From IMG/VR virus record IMGVR_UViG_3300048881_000131, positions 1-36,789 of that record: a DNA stretch of 36,789 nt. One strand, written 5' to 3'. The stretch is from a virus (taxonomy: Duplodnaviria; Caudoviricetes). Both the position numbers and the translations under genes were made by a program. Below are positions 1 through 9,058 of the stretch, piece by piece (position 1 is the stretch's first letter; every line of letters begins with the position of its first letter). Below the pieces are notes generated by a model. The model saw only the letters and a list, made by a program, of their open reading frames with translations. It ran no database searches and had not been told where the DNA came from.

Positions 1-113
1 CGACTATATGCTTGAAAATGAAAAGACAATAACAAAGCGAACAGCTAAGGATTATGAGGAATTTATAGAAAAGGCCAATAAAGAAATATTGACCCATAAA
101 TCAAGAGTAGGCA
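1..113. repeat. Terminal direct repeat, left copy (circular assembly overlap)
   Basis: 1-113 (cgactatatg...gagtaggca) is identical to 36677-36789; the NinG reading frame continues across the junction. Confidence 0.97.
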
Positions 114-121
114 TTAAGTAG
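1..121 (+). CDS. ninG: C-terminal end of NinG/Rap (continues from 36204 across the circular junction)
   Basis: Frame DYMLENEKTITKRTAKDYEEFIEKANKEILTHKSRVGIK, TAG at 119-121, in frame with ATG 36204. Confidence 0.85.
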   Translation, partial: DYMLENEKTITKRTAKDYEEFIEKANKEILTHKSRVGIK

Positions 122-142
122 CGGACTTGTTAAAGTCCGCTA
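119..142. terminator. Hairpin terminator between converging NinG and tail operons
   Basis: TAGCGGACTT-GTTA-AAGTCCGCTA perfect 10-bp stem between convergent stop codons. Confidence 0.75.
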
Positions 143-148
143 TGCTTT

Positions 149-499
149 CTAGATTAAAGGAGGCTCAGGCCAAGTGACGCTAGAGGGGTCTTGTTGAGTA
201 ATATCAAGCAAGGCCTTACGATACGTTTTAACCACTTCCTTTTGAGTTGCTGTCAATTCTGACCAGCGCATAGGGTTATAAATATCAACGTATTTAGCTA
301 GTAGTTGGTCGCGCTCTGCTCTAATGTCGCCAATAGTCGGTACCGGCTCAACATAGGGCGCAATTTCTACGCCCTGACCAATTATCTCGTTAACTTCTTC
401 TTCTGTAAGCGTTGTTTCAGTGTCGCCAGTAAAGGCATTCACACCTCCGATTCTATTTACGGTGAAATTTGTATAATTATCAATCATTGCTTTATCCAT
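149..499 (-). CDS. Tail fibre assembly chaperone (Tfa-like)
   Basis: C-terminal IRAERDQLL...W..L...YRKALLDITQQDPSSVTWPEPP motif; directly follows the fibre gene. Confidence 0.8.
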   Translation of the reverse strand: MDKAMIDNYTNFTVNRIGGVNAFTGDTETTLTEEEVNEIIGQGVEIAPYVEPVPTIGDIRAERDQLLAKYVDIYNPMRWSELTATQKEVVKTYRKALLDITQQDPSSVTWPEPPLI

Positions 500-1215
500 A
501 ATCCATACCCATTGTTTGCAATTGAAGCGCCAGAGGCGTTAAGCCATATTCCTGATTGAGCTGGCGTTAAATTTGAACCCGCTATTGTTGCGTTACTAGC
601 AACACTGCCACCACTTGTATTTTGAAGATGATCAAGATTTGAGGAGTTATATAATATCTCCCAATCAGACCAAGCGCCTATAGAAGTTTGTGATCTTACA
701 TAGCGTAACTCAGAAGTTGATGCCATCCATGTTTGTTTAATTCTTCCTGATGGCGATGAGCTAGCATCCACTGAAATCCACGCTGTAACCGCAAGTGGGG
801 CATTTGTAAATCCTCCGTAAGTGATTCCTATTTTAGTCAATGTGTCAGCGTCAATTGTTGCGCCTAGGTATGGTGTGTCAGAAGAACCCCAACCAAACGC
901 CCCGACTTCCATCACATTCCCAGAGGTTGTGCCTACGTCTCGACTGGCTGCGTCACCAAATCGAATATAACGCCAAGTAATTGACTGGCCTGTGCCTGTG
1001 TCGTTTGCTGTTACTCGATACGTTCCAGAGGCGGCGTAAAATTGCGCGAATCCCTCTGAATCTGCAAAGAATGGGTTTGCTAATACTGCGCCGCCAATGC
1101 TTGAGAAGATTGTAGCGGGTAAGCCTGTATTTTCATCGACCACTGTCATCTCTGCACCAGGGATAATATCCCCGGTCGCATTCTGCACTGTAGCCTGCCA
1201 GATTGAATTTGCCAT
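484..1215 (-). CDS. Short tail fibre / receptor-binding protein
   Basis: N-terminal anchor (NPFFADSEGFAQFY), GDAASRDVGTTSGNVMEVGAFG fibre motif, knob-like YVRSQ..GAWSDWE segment. Confidence 0.8.
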   Translation of the reverse strand: MANSIWQATVQNATGDIIPGAEMTVVDENTGLPATIFSSIGGAVLANPFFADSEGFAQFYAASGTYRVTANDTGTGQSITWRYIRFGDAASRDVGTTSGNVMEVGAFGWGSSDTPYLGATIDADTLTKIGITYGGFTNAPLAVTAWISVDASSSPSGRIKQTWMASTSELRYVRSQTSIGAWSDWEILYNSSNLDHLQNTSGGSVASNATIAGSNLTPAQSGIWLNASGASIANNGYGLWIKQ

Positions 1216-3635
1216 TATGGTACTATTGCCCCGTGTATTTGTCCGTTGTTTGTAATTGTAACAGTTTTGCCGCGTTTTAAGATAGCGTCACCCGCTGCGC
1301 CTCCGTTTCCGCCTAGTGATATGCCTTGGGCACCAGATTGGCCAGATTGGCCAGCTTGACCAGCTTGACCGAAATACCCTCCATCTCCACCCTTGCCGTT
1401 AGTTACTGTGCTTAAAGAACCTACTTGTGAAACATTAGAGCCACCAGTGCCAAGTATTAACTCACTAGAAGATTGCCCTGCTGATCCTATAATAAATACA
1501 TTAATCTCTGAATTTGGAGTTATAATACCACCTGCCGAGCCTCCAAAGTTAATATACGGGCCTGCGCCGCCGCCTGATCCTGTTGCTCCTCCGGCAGAAA
1601 CCCCTTCAGTTCCAGCTTCTAGAATTCCCTTAGCAGCACCGCCGCCACCACCGCCGCCACCACCGCCGCCGATCAAGCCATTGTTTGTAATATTGAAAAC
1701 CGTAGGAATTGCTGCGCCAGTAACAGGCAGGTCGATAGCATCTTCTCCGCGATTACCGTTAAATCCTGAGGTTAGTGATCCATCACTATTAATTCTTGCG
1801 CCACTACCACCACGACCACCACGCCCAACAATAGAACCATTATTAATTAGGTTTATAGTGACGTCTTCATCCCAAGCACCGTAAACCAATGACGCCCTAT
1901 CAGTGAAAGCACCGCCTATAATCTTCCCCTCCTCAATCGTGAAATTGATAGTGTCCCCTGCATTAATGATGGAATGGAAGTTGAAAAATTTATCCCTCAG
2001 ATTTATGTTAGTTTCATCATCCGTAATTGGTACGTTTTTGATCGTTGGATCATCTGGCGCTACTGTTTGACTATATAAAACCTCCTCACCAAGTACAGAA
2101 AAGCCCGCATCACTAGATTTAACCTGTAGTACTTGTATTGGTAGCTCAACGGATTCGCCCGTAACGTCTTGAACCGTCCATGATTTCGCACGATAGCCGC
2201 CCCCTAGTTCTGGCGTAACACTAACTCCCCTCTGAACATTAAAAGAAATCAACCTTGGTGGTGTTGTGTATCTCGATAATATAGTTCTATTTAGTCGATC
2301 AGCTACTTCTTTACCACCTGAAACAATCCAGCGACTAAAAATACGCTTAATACTTGGCACGTTATTAAAATTTGTTTCGCTCTCAGTGCTAACCACTGCG
2401 AGAGTTGAAGAATAGTTTTTAATTTCATCAAGCTTTTCTAGTGGGTTTATTTGGCCAAAATACGTCCAAACTTGGGACACTCGTTTTTCTGGCTGGTCTT
2501 TTGCACTAAAACTACCACCGACAATTTGATTATCATCATATAATGCCGCGTCCGTTGCCACTGAGCGCAACACCCTAAATTTCAAAAGTTTCGAAACATC
2601 ATCCCACCATATAGTAGATGCGGTTTGCTCTAGCAGCTCATTAACAAGCTTTTTAACTTCTGTTGGCTCTGCAATTAAAGATGAGTAATTTCTAGCTATG
2701 TAGTTGTTGTCTTCAGTTGTCCAGTCTGAAAGCGGTATAAACTCAGAAGGCACATTGGCATAATTTAAAAGCAGGTCATTAAGAATATAAGTGACCGTCT
2801 TTTGTGAATACTCAAGACAGACCTGCACCCTTGCGCCAGCATCATGACTTACACCGGACGTATTATATTGGCCGCGTGTAATTGTTAGTACATCACCTGA
2901 CCTGCTAAATGTAACAACCTCTTCGCCACCAATCTGAGCAACTCCGGTAAGCGGGTATTCAGAGCCAATCCCCACTGGATCAAGTGTTACGCTTGTTTCT
3001 GTATTATTTAACGCATTAAGGCTAGAACCGTTGCTTAGCACTGGTGCTTGTGACTGTTTTCCATCTGCTAGTTGTAAGGCGTCTTTACATTGAATAGTGA
3101 ATCCTCCGTTACTATTTGGCCCTGCTACTTTTTCAATCAAGAAATGACGGGTTTCCATTTGAGCAATTGACTGATCACTATTTCCGCGAATCAATCTAAT
3201 ATTTGAACCTTTCACATAAGGCCACCGCGCCCTAAACTTACCCCAATATGTGCCTCTCTCGTAAGGATCGTAATCTCTATCAGATAGGTATCTGTCCCCT
3301 TCTGGCCCAGTGTCGGGAAATCTCTCATCCCTAAAGTCTACATTGATAGAGGCGCGAACACCTATCGACTCACCTAGCTCTAGTTTGGCTGGTCGGATTG
3401 ATACTTTCTCAATATTGGGTATAGCTTCAAAATCCGTTGATAGTCTTGAGCTTGCGGTAGAATATCTAGCCGTAACAGTTTCTGCTGAATAATTGTCAAC
3501 ATCCTGACAAGTCGCGAAACAATTAAAACACTTAATATCACCCGTAGCAGGGATTGATGCATTGCACGGAGCCTCACCGTATATAAGACTGCACCGTTCA
3601 AGATCAATTTCAACAAGTGTGATTCTTTCTGTCAT
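1215..3635 (-). CDS. Tail tip/hub protein with Cys-rich N-terminus and glycine-rich C-terminal domain
   Basis: 806 aa; CSLIYGEAPC..KCFNCFATC; ITRGQYNT...HDAGARV hub motif; INNGSIVGRGGRGG and NNGLIGGGGGGGGGG repeats; position after TMP and the Dit-like gene. Confidence 0.75.
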   Translation of the reverse strand: MTERITLVEIDLERCSLIYGEAPCNASIPATGDIKCFNCFATCQDVDNYSAETVTARYSTASSRLSTDFEAIPNIEKVSIRPAKLELGESIGVRASINVDFRDERFPDTGPEGDRYLSDRDYDPYERGTYWGKFRARWPYVKGSNIRLIRGNSDQSIAQMETRHFLIEKVAGPNSNGGFTIQCKDALQLADGKQSQAPVLSNGSSLNALNNTETSVTLDPVGIGSEYPLTGVAQIGGEEVVTFSRSGDVLTITRGQYNTSGVSHDAGARVQVCLEYSQKTVTYILNDLLLNYANVPSEFIPLSDWTTEDNNYIARNYSSLIAEPTEVKKLVNELLEQTASTIWWDDVSKLLKFRVLRSVATDAALYDDNQIVGGSFSAKDQPEKRVSQVWTYFGQINPLEKLDEIKNYSSTLAVVSTESETNFNNVPSIKRIFSRWIVSGGKEVADRLNRTILSRYTTPPRLISFNVQRGVSVTPELGGGYRAKSWTVQDVTGESVELPIQVLQVKSSDAGFSVLGEEVLYSQTVAPDDPTIKNVPITDDETNINLRDKFFNFHSIINAGDTINFTIEEGKIIGGAFTDRASLVYGAWDEDVTINLINNGSIVGRGGRGGSGARINSDGSLTSGFNGNRGEDAIDLPVTGAAIPTVFNITNNGLIGGGGGGGGGGGAAKGILEAGTEGVSAGGATGSGGGAGPYINFGGSAGGIITPNSEINVFIIGSAGQSSSELILGTGGSNVSQVGSLSTVTNGKGGDGGYFGQAGQAGQSGQSGAQGISLGGNGGAAGDAILKRGKTVTITNNGQIHGAIVP

Positions 3636-4417
3636 GCTACGCCTTTAAAATTCCAGTCAATTTGCATCATTCCATTACTACGCTGGTTTACTGGTTTTGG
3701 GTTGCCTTCTATCCATACATAACCAACCTCGGCAGGATATTTCGCAGGTTTCCACGCAAAAAAACAGGGCTTTCTAGGCTTCATTCCTATGTATGGGTCT
3801 AGCATTGATCTGTACCATTCAGGAGTGAGGTTTTGCAAGCTTACCTGTGTTGACACTGATTCTCTTACTACTATCTCACCAAGATACTGGCCGTTTTCAG
3901 ACATGCCATTTACCGCAACACGATCACGACCATAAGTTACCGGGGTATGCCCAACATATAGCCCGCGCTGCAATTCAAGTTTTTTGCCAATGTAAATAAC
4001 GCCAATTTTTACCGCTTCTGTAGCTCCTGCAATTACTATCTGGATAGTTGAAGGCGTTGCTATACCACGGAGGAATAATATAGCCTGAGTATCAGAAATA
4101 GCCTGATCAGGAACAACTGTTACACCATTGTATTTTATAGAAACAGTTAGACCTATCTGGTTTAGGTTGTGCCTGGCTATACCAATATAATCAACTTCTG
4201 AACCATCAGTAGTAATAATTATGTTCTGCGTTGCTGTGCTATCAGCTTCCCATAAAAAAGCAGTAGCGGGATTAGTGACATTTGTAATAGGGTTTTCAGC
4301 AGTTGAGCTGGTAGCCGTTATATTTTCAGGGGTAATAATGTTATTGAAACAAAGAACCCCTTTATCACCTTGCTCAGCTTCGCCTAATACAAAGCCAGTG
4401 CTAATTATTGTCGCCAT
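3632..4417 (-). CDS. Distal tail / minor tail protein
   Basis: Position after TMP; VDYIGIARHNL motif typical of this siphophage tail protein family. Confidence 0.65.
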   Translation of the reverse strand: MATIISTGFVLGEAEQGDKGVLCFNNIITPENITATSSTAENPITNVTNPATAFLWEADSTATQNIIITTDGSEVDYIGIARHNLNQIGLTVSIKYNGVTVVPDQAISDTQAILFLRGIATPSTIQIVIAGATEAVKIGVIYIGKKLELQRGLYVGHTPVTYGRDRVAVNGMSENGQYLGEIVVRESVSTQVSLQNLTPEWYRSMLDPYIGMKPRKPCFFAWKPAKYPAEVGYVWIEGNPKPVNQRSNGMMQIDWNFKGVA

Positions 4418-6171
4418 TAAACCACCAATTTGAAACCGTCATTTTGCAATTCTACAAGCTGCTCAGCAATACTATTTACCATTGAGCCGCTTACAAGTGC
4501 GCTAGGGTCTAGTGTATCAACTCTAACAGTTCTAGTCTGGTCTGGTGCGCTTGCTGCTGATGCCGCAGGTGCAGCAGGGGTTGCAGCTCCAGCTCCCGCG
4601 CTCACCGATCCACCGCCACCAAAGCTTGTACTATTAATTGCTTGCAATCTAATGCCGCCTGCAACAATAGCAGCGCCAGCGGCCGCAGCACCCAAGGCGG
4701 GCCCAACTACAGGAATTCCAGCAAGCGCCGTGTATGCCTTTTGTGCGCCTTCATAGGTAGACATTACAACATTTGCTCTAGCCGCTGCCTTGCCAACTTC
4801 AAACAGACGTTTATTGCCTGACTGTTGCAGCGTTGACAGGTCTGAAAACATTTGAGAAACAGCGCCAGTTTGCTGACTTCCCCAGTGCATTCTAATTTGT
4901 GCTAGTGCGCTTTGTACTTCTTCTTCTTTAGATATTCTCTGAGTAGCTGCTTGCTCGTCAATCTGATTTAACTGGTCAACTTGCGCTTGCTTGGCCTCTA
5001 CTATTGCAGGGTTATTTATACTAGCAATAAAAGCTTCCACTTGCTCAGAAGGAAGAGGGGTCATTAATTTATTGTGAAGCTCTTGTGTTGCGGCCTGTAA
5101 TTCTGCGTTAGCCTCTACAGCAGCAGCAGTAATGCTACCTACAAGCTCAGACTGGCCAACAACGAGCTTGGAAACGTCAACGCCTGGAATGTTATTAACC
5201 GACTCAATCAAGCCGTTAATTGTTCCTACTGCTCCCTGTATTGCACCTTCAATTGATTCGGCAATAGTTGAAGCAACGCCCAAAGCCGCAGAATGAAGCG
5301 CCTTAAATCCTAAAATAGTGCCATCAATTACAAGTTCAACACCTGTAAAAGCGTTACCGATAAAGCCGACCGCTTTTGCTACTCCGTTGACCGCCTCGGT
5401 CGCTTGCTGCTGAAAGCCGCCCGACTCGATAGCCGCTTCTTGAAAGTTTAGCGCTAACTGTTCGAGAATTGGAGCAAGTGCAATAGTTACTTGCTGGCTA
5501 ACACCGTCAACAGCTCGGCCAATGCTTCCCATGGCATCGTTAGCCGCTTCAATCTTTGCCGCGTCAACGTCAGAAATAGCAAGTCCGAAACCTTCCATCT
5601 GTCTTTTAGATTCTGCGATTGTTTCAGGGGTTAGCTGACTGATTGCAAAGCCTGCTTTTTTCCCGAATAAGTCAGAAGCCGCCGCTGCTCTTTCCGTTGC
5701 AGGTATATTTTCAGCAATAGCCTGATTGATTGTGATTAGCTTCTGATCAAGGGTCATTCCCTCTAAATCAGAAGCCGCCAAGCCAAGCCTGTCAAGAGTA
5801 TCAGCAGCAGCGCCAGTGCCCTGAGCAGCCTCGCCCATTACGACTTCAAGGTTTTTAGCACCTGACTCTATTTGCTTCATAGAGATGCCTGACATTTCGG
5901 CCGCTCTATCAAGGGTTGCCATAGAAGCACTTGAGGTTCCTAGCTGTTTTGCCAGTTTGGCTTGCGCGTCAATAGCGCTAAGAGAATCCTTAACAAGCTT
6001 CACACCAATAGCAGTACCAGCAACAGCCGCCGCCGCCGCCATTTTAGCCATTGCGCCGCCTGTCTTCTTGGCTTGGTCTCCAACCTTATCAAGCGTGGTG
6101 GCTGCTTCTTTTGCTCCGCGTTTTAGCGGGTCAATATCCGCGCCAAACCGTACAAAAATATCGTCAGACAT
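4417..6171 (-). CDS. Tail tape measure protein
   Basis: 584 aa, Ala-rich and helical; AIDAQAKLAKQLG; C-terminal AYTALAGIPVVGPALGAAAA; follows the tail chaperones. Confidence 0.9.
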   Translation of the reverse strand: MSDDIFVRFGADIDPLKRGAKEAATTLDKVGDQAKKTGGAMAKMAAAAAVAGTAIGVKLVKDSLSAIDAQAKLAKQLGTSSASMATLDRAAEMSGISMKQIESGAKNLEVVMGEAAQGTGAAADTLDRLGLAASDLEGMTLDQKLITINQAIAENIPATERAAAASDLFGKKAGFAISQLTPETIAESKRQMEGFGLAISDVDAAKIEAANDAMGSIGRAVDGVSQQVTIALAPILEQLALNFQEAAIESGGFQQQATEAVNGVAKAVGFIGNAFTGVELVIDGTILGFKALHSAALGVASTIAESIEGAIQGAVGTINGLIESVNNIPGVDVSKLVVGQSELVGSITAAAVEANAELQAATQELHNKLMTPLPSEQVEAFIASINNPAIVEAKQAQVDQLNQIDEQAATQRISKEEEVQSALAQIRMHWGSQQTGAVSQMFSDLSTLQQSGNKRLFEVGKAAARANVVMSTYEGAQKAYTALAGIPVVGPALGAAAAGAAIVAGGIRLQAINSTSFGGGGSVSAGAGAATPAAPAASAASAPDQTRTVRVDTLDPSALVSGSMVNSIAEQLVELQNDGFKLVV

Positions 6172-6363
6172 TTAGAAACCTTCTTCTAATAAACGCAATA
6201 AGCGCTTTCTTTGTGGTTCTTGAAATAAATGCGGCGCTCTAGCTTCAACAATCCACCAAAATTCGGCAGGATGAAGCGCCCAAAACTCGCTAGGCGCTAT
6301 ACCAAAACTTGTTACGGCTGTCAAATATAGGCTTTTAACTAAACCGCCGCCGCCTGCTTTCCC
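6172..6363 (-). CDS. Tail assembly chaperone, frameshifted gpGT-like C-terminal segment (not in ORF track)
   Basis: The -1 frame after GGGAAAG reads AGGGGLVKSLYLTAVTSFGIAPSEFWALHPAEFWWIVEARAPHLFQEPQRKRLLRLLEEGF*; stop abuts the TMP ATG. Confidence 0.85.
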   Translation of the reverse strand, partial: GKAGGGGLVKSLYLTAVTSFGIAPSEFWALHPAEFWWIVEARAPHLFQEPQRKRLLRLLEEGF

Positions 6364-6677
6364 TGCTTTTCTTCGTCAGGTTGGTATGTTGAAGGTGGCA
6401 ACATCATCATAATTAGCGTAGTGATTGAGTTTTGAACATTGTCAGAACCGCCCTCACCAAACAATGACGCATAAACCTCGTCAATCATAACCTTTCCGCC
6501 TGCATAATTAATCGCAAGCGCGTAAGCCTCAGCTAATTTTGATAGCTTTGGTTGCGTGGTTAATTCTTGAAGGGAAATAACGTCTTCAATCTGCGCTATT
6601 AGCTTCATCACCTGATTCCCTTTAATGGTGAACTCGTCACCACCAAAGGTTAGGCTAATATCTTCAAAGATAGCCAT
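6339..6677 (-). CDS. Tail assembly chaperone (gpG-like); true start is probably ATG 6677
   Basis: Lies between tail tube and TMP; TAATG overlap with the tube stop; ends ...EKQGKQAAAV. Confidence 0.85.
   Translation of the reverse strand: MAIFEDISLTFGGDEFTIKGNQVMKLIAQIEDVISLQELTTQPKLSKLAEAYALAINYAGGKVMIDEVYASLFGEGGSDNVQNSITTLIMMMLPPSTYQPDEEKQGKQAAAV
6357..6363 (-). other. Programmed -1 ribosomal frameshift site G GGA AAG
   Basis: Same heptamer and codon phase (Gly-Lys) as the lambda G/T slippery site. Confidence 0.85.
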
Positions 6678-7090
6678 TAAACGCCCGCCGTGTAAGTCCA
6701 CTCACCTGAGCTTTGCAGAGTGCCGTCAAACTCTACTGCACCATCAGAGCCGCCGCCATTTTCAGTGAATCCATTAAAATAGAAATCACCTGAAATTGTG
6801 TCGCCTGCTGCTTGAGCACCGTATTTCGGGTATTGAATGGTAATATCAGTAAGCAACATGCTTTGCTCGGTCATAATTAAGGAGCGTAAAAGAGTGTCTT
6901 TTGTTACGCCAGAAAATGAAATGTCGAGCGACTTAGTGCCAGCCTCAGCTAGTAAAGTTCGGTATCCATTATCTTCATCTGTTGTAATATCAATAGGCTC
7001 TTTTGCAATTGCAATAGACTTTGAGTTAATACCTGCTAATGCGGTATTGTTTTTTTCAATTAAAAGGTCGCGTGAAGGAGCACCAGCCAT
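6677..7090 (-). CDS. Major tail (tube) protein
   Basis: IDITTDEDNGYRTLL..AG.KSLDISFSG and FDGTLQSSGEWTY motifs. Confidence 0.9.
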   Translation of the reverse strand: MAGAPSRDLLIEKNNTALAGINSKSIAIAKEPIDITTDEDNGYRTLLAEAGTKSLDISFSGVTKDTLLRSLIMTEQSMLLTDITIQYPKYGAQAAGDTISGDFYFNGFTENGGGSDGAVEFDGTLQSSGEWTYTAGV

Positions 7091-7091
7091 T

Positions 7092-7511
7092 TTATAATTC
7101 CTCGATCATAAGGTTGAAAGTTTGTACGCCGTGCCTAGTGAATCCGTCTGAATCTAAAAAAGACTCTGAATTTACTTGAGCAATATTAATAAATTTATAT
7201 CCAGTTTCTGATAAATTAGCACGATGAAGCGCATCATATATCAAGCCTTGAATTTGTTTAGTCTCACTTCTTCCGCTGAATCTTGACCAGGTGTGAACCG
7301 TTATAGATACCTGATTCATTAGCTCTAGATCAGTGTCAATTGTAGTGTGTGAGTCTTCACCAATAGTAGCATAAGGAAAATTGGTATCATCACCCGAGCT
7401 TACAGCTTGTGGGACATTATCATAAACAGATTTAATAACAGCATTAAGCGGCGCGTCATTTGCGAGCTTATTATAAACCGCTGTTTGTACTACTGTTTCA
7501 AAATTACTCAT
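7092..7511 (-). CDS. Tail terminator protein (DUF3168-like)
   Basis: VYDNVP, FPYATIGE, TVHTWSR..GR.E, DGFTRHGV motifs. Confidence 0.85.
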   Translation of the reverse strand: MSNFETVVQTAVYNKLANDAPLNAVIKSVYDNVPQAVSSGDDTNFPYATIGEDSHTTIDTDLELMNQVSITVHTWSRFSGRSETKQIQGLIYDALHRANLSETGYKFINIAQVNSESFLDSDGFTRHGVQTFNLMIEEL

Positions 7512-7957
7512 CTTTTAGCCAGCTTCTTTTTTTCTCGCCTAACTGCTGCGGTTAATTTTTTTGTAAATTGCTGTTCAACTATTCTCGGCATGTTTGATTG
7601 TATCATATCTTTTGCAGGTCGCATAAATGGCTGTTCTGGCTGCGGTGTTGGGCCGCCTGTTCCGTACTCAATGAAGCGCCAATAAAAACCATCGTTCTTT
7701 GCATTTTTCCCAGACTCTACAATTACATCTGATACAGGTTGCCCGGGTTTACCGCGCCGTCTTTTTGCCTTGATTGCCTTTCTTAATCTGCCTGTTCTTT
7801 TTGGCGCTCGCTTTCTTGCTTCTTTTGCAGTCTCAGAGGCTAAACCATGTATTAGCGCTCGTGATAAGTTTTTAGCGTGTTTTGGCGCCAGGTCACTCAA
7901 GACCTTTTTTACATCATCAAGACCCATAACCTCTACACCAGAAGATTTAAAGGCCAT
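7508..7957 (-). CDS. HK97 gp10-like tail completion protein
   Basis: APKRTGRLRKAI, FYWRFIEYGT, QPFMRPA motifs. Confidence 0.9.
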   Translation of the reverse strand: MAFKSSGVEVMGLDDVKKVLSDLAPKHAKNLSRALIHGLASETAKEARKRAPKRTGRLRKAIKAKRRRGKPGQPVSDVIVESGKNAKNDGFYWRFIEYGTGGPTPQPEQPFMRPAKDMIQSNMPRIVEQQFTKKLTAAVRREKKKLAKR

Positions 7958-8295
7958 TACTGTGGCGTTCCGTATGTCGCGTCTATTTCTAAGTAAAGCA
8001 CTCGTCCTTTAGGTCGCCTAACTGTTAAGATATTAAACTGCTCACCATTCCACAAAATACGATACTTTTCTAATAAATCAGAGCGATTACGAATAACAAA
8101 CATGTAACTAGACTCAGCATTAACACGGTCGTATTCTGTAACTTCCTTACCGCTTTTAGGGCGAACGTGCGCCCACACCGAAGAAAGCGACGAAATATTA
8201 ACCCAAGTATCAGTAGAGCCGCCCATGCCGTCAGAAACGCCTTGACGCTCTTGAAAAGTAATTCTTTGATCAAGCTCCCCGACTCGATAGGTCAT
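7957..8295 (-). CDS. Head closure protein (SPP1 gp16-like)
   Basis: GELDQRITFQ, DGMGG, VWAHVRP..G.E, RILWNGEQFNI motifs. Confidence 0.88.
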   Translation of the reverse strand: MTYRVGELDQRITFQERQGVSDGMGGSTDTWVNISSLSSVWAHVRPKSGKEVTEYDRVNAESSYMFVIRNRSDLLEKYRILWNGEQFNILTVRRPKGRVLYLEIDATYGTPQ

Positions 8296-8831
8296 ATTCC
8301 TAAATTCTCTCTATATGGATATAAAATAGTTTCAAGTGCTGGATTTTTAGCAATAGAAACCCCCACAACTGACTCGGTTCTAAGTTCATACATGTCAGTT
8401 ATTATTATTTTTATAGCTTGCTGAACACCAACTATCTGAGCAGGTGCGCTAGTTGTTGCTAATATTTGATAATTAATAGCATTAAACGAGTCGGTAAAAG
8501 TAATTGTCTGATTGGTTGAATCAACAATGTAGCTAGCCGGACTTACCGCTTGCTGTGCGTTGTCACTATCAGTATATGTTACCGATGTAACCGTTAAGCC
8601 AGCGTAAGGAAGGTTAACAATTGTTGGAATGGTGCCTTGATATAAGATTTTTATATCTTGAGCTGTAAAAAACTCGTTGCAGTAATTTTCACACCGATCA
8701 CGCGCAACACTAATTAGGGCGCTGATATACGAATCATCCTCTGTAAAGGAGTCCTCTATTCTAAGTTGTTCCTTTGCCTCACTTAGAGTAATAGGCTCAG
8801 AGACTGGTGCGCTTACTATGACGGTTTTCAT
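8292..8831 (-). CDS. Head-tail connector (HK97 gp6-like)
   Basis: EPITLSEAKEQLRI..ED.YI.ALI..AR; ends YELR...LYPYR. Confidence 0.9.
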   Translation of the reverse strand: MKTVIVSAPVSEPITLSEAKEQLRIEDSFTEDDSYISALISVARDRCENYCNEFFTAQDIKILYQGTIPTIVNLPYAGLTVTSVTYTDSDNAQQAVSPASYIVDSTNQTITFTDSFNAINYQILATTSAPAQIVGVQQAIKIIITDMYELRTESVVGVSIAKNPALETILYPYRENLGI

Positions 8832-9007
8832 TTAGTCTCTTTCTTCTGCTTTTTAGGCTTAGTTTCAAGATTCTTTTTTTCTTCTGGCTTGCTTTCAGCT
8901 TCTTCAATTAAGCCAGCATCAAGCCAAGATTTATTAAATCCAACCTCTTGACCTTTTTTAACTTTACCTAGCATATAGGCTTTAAAGTCTTTCTTTGCAA
9001 TATACAT
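8828..9007 (-). CDS. Small Lys/Glu-rich head accessory protein (59 aa, not in ORF track)
   Basis: MYIAKKDFKAYMLGKVKKGQEVG...AGLIEE...KKETK; GGAG RBS; ATGA overlap with the connector gene. Confidence 0.65.
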   Translation of the reverse strand: MYIAKKDFKAYMLGKVKKGQEVGFNKSWLDAGLIEEAESKPEEKKNLETKPKKQKKETK

Positions 9008-9020
9008 TTTTTACTCCATT

Positions 9021-9053
9021 AAAACTAGGGGCGCTATACCAGCCGCCCCAGTC
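9021..9053 (-). terminator. Rho-independent terminator after the major capsid gene
   Basis: Minus strand GGGGCG-loop-CGCCCC followed by TAGTTTT. Confidence 0.7.
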
Positions 9054-9058
9054 TATCA

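Noticed and set aside
1393-1884. Proline-rich 163-aa plus-strand ORF
   Set aside because: Antisense shadow of the polyglycine codons in the tail-tip gene
149-3635. Diversity-generating retroelement or invertible tail-fibre cassette
   Set aside because: No reverse transcriptase, invertase, template/variable repeat pair or inverted crossover sites seen
4430-6242. Ala-rich plus-strand ORFs opposite the tape measure gene (and similar shadows over capsid, terL, ssb, erf and dnaB)
   Set aside because: They fully overlap well-supported genes on the other strand and have no RBS or motifs
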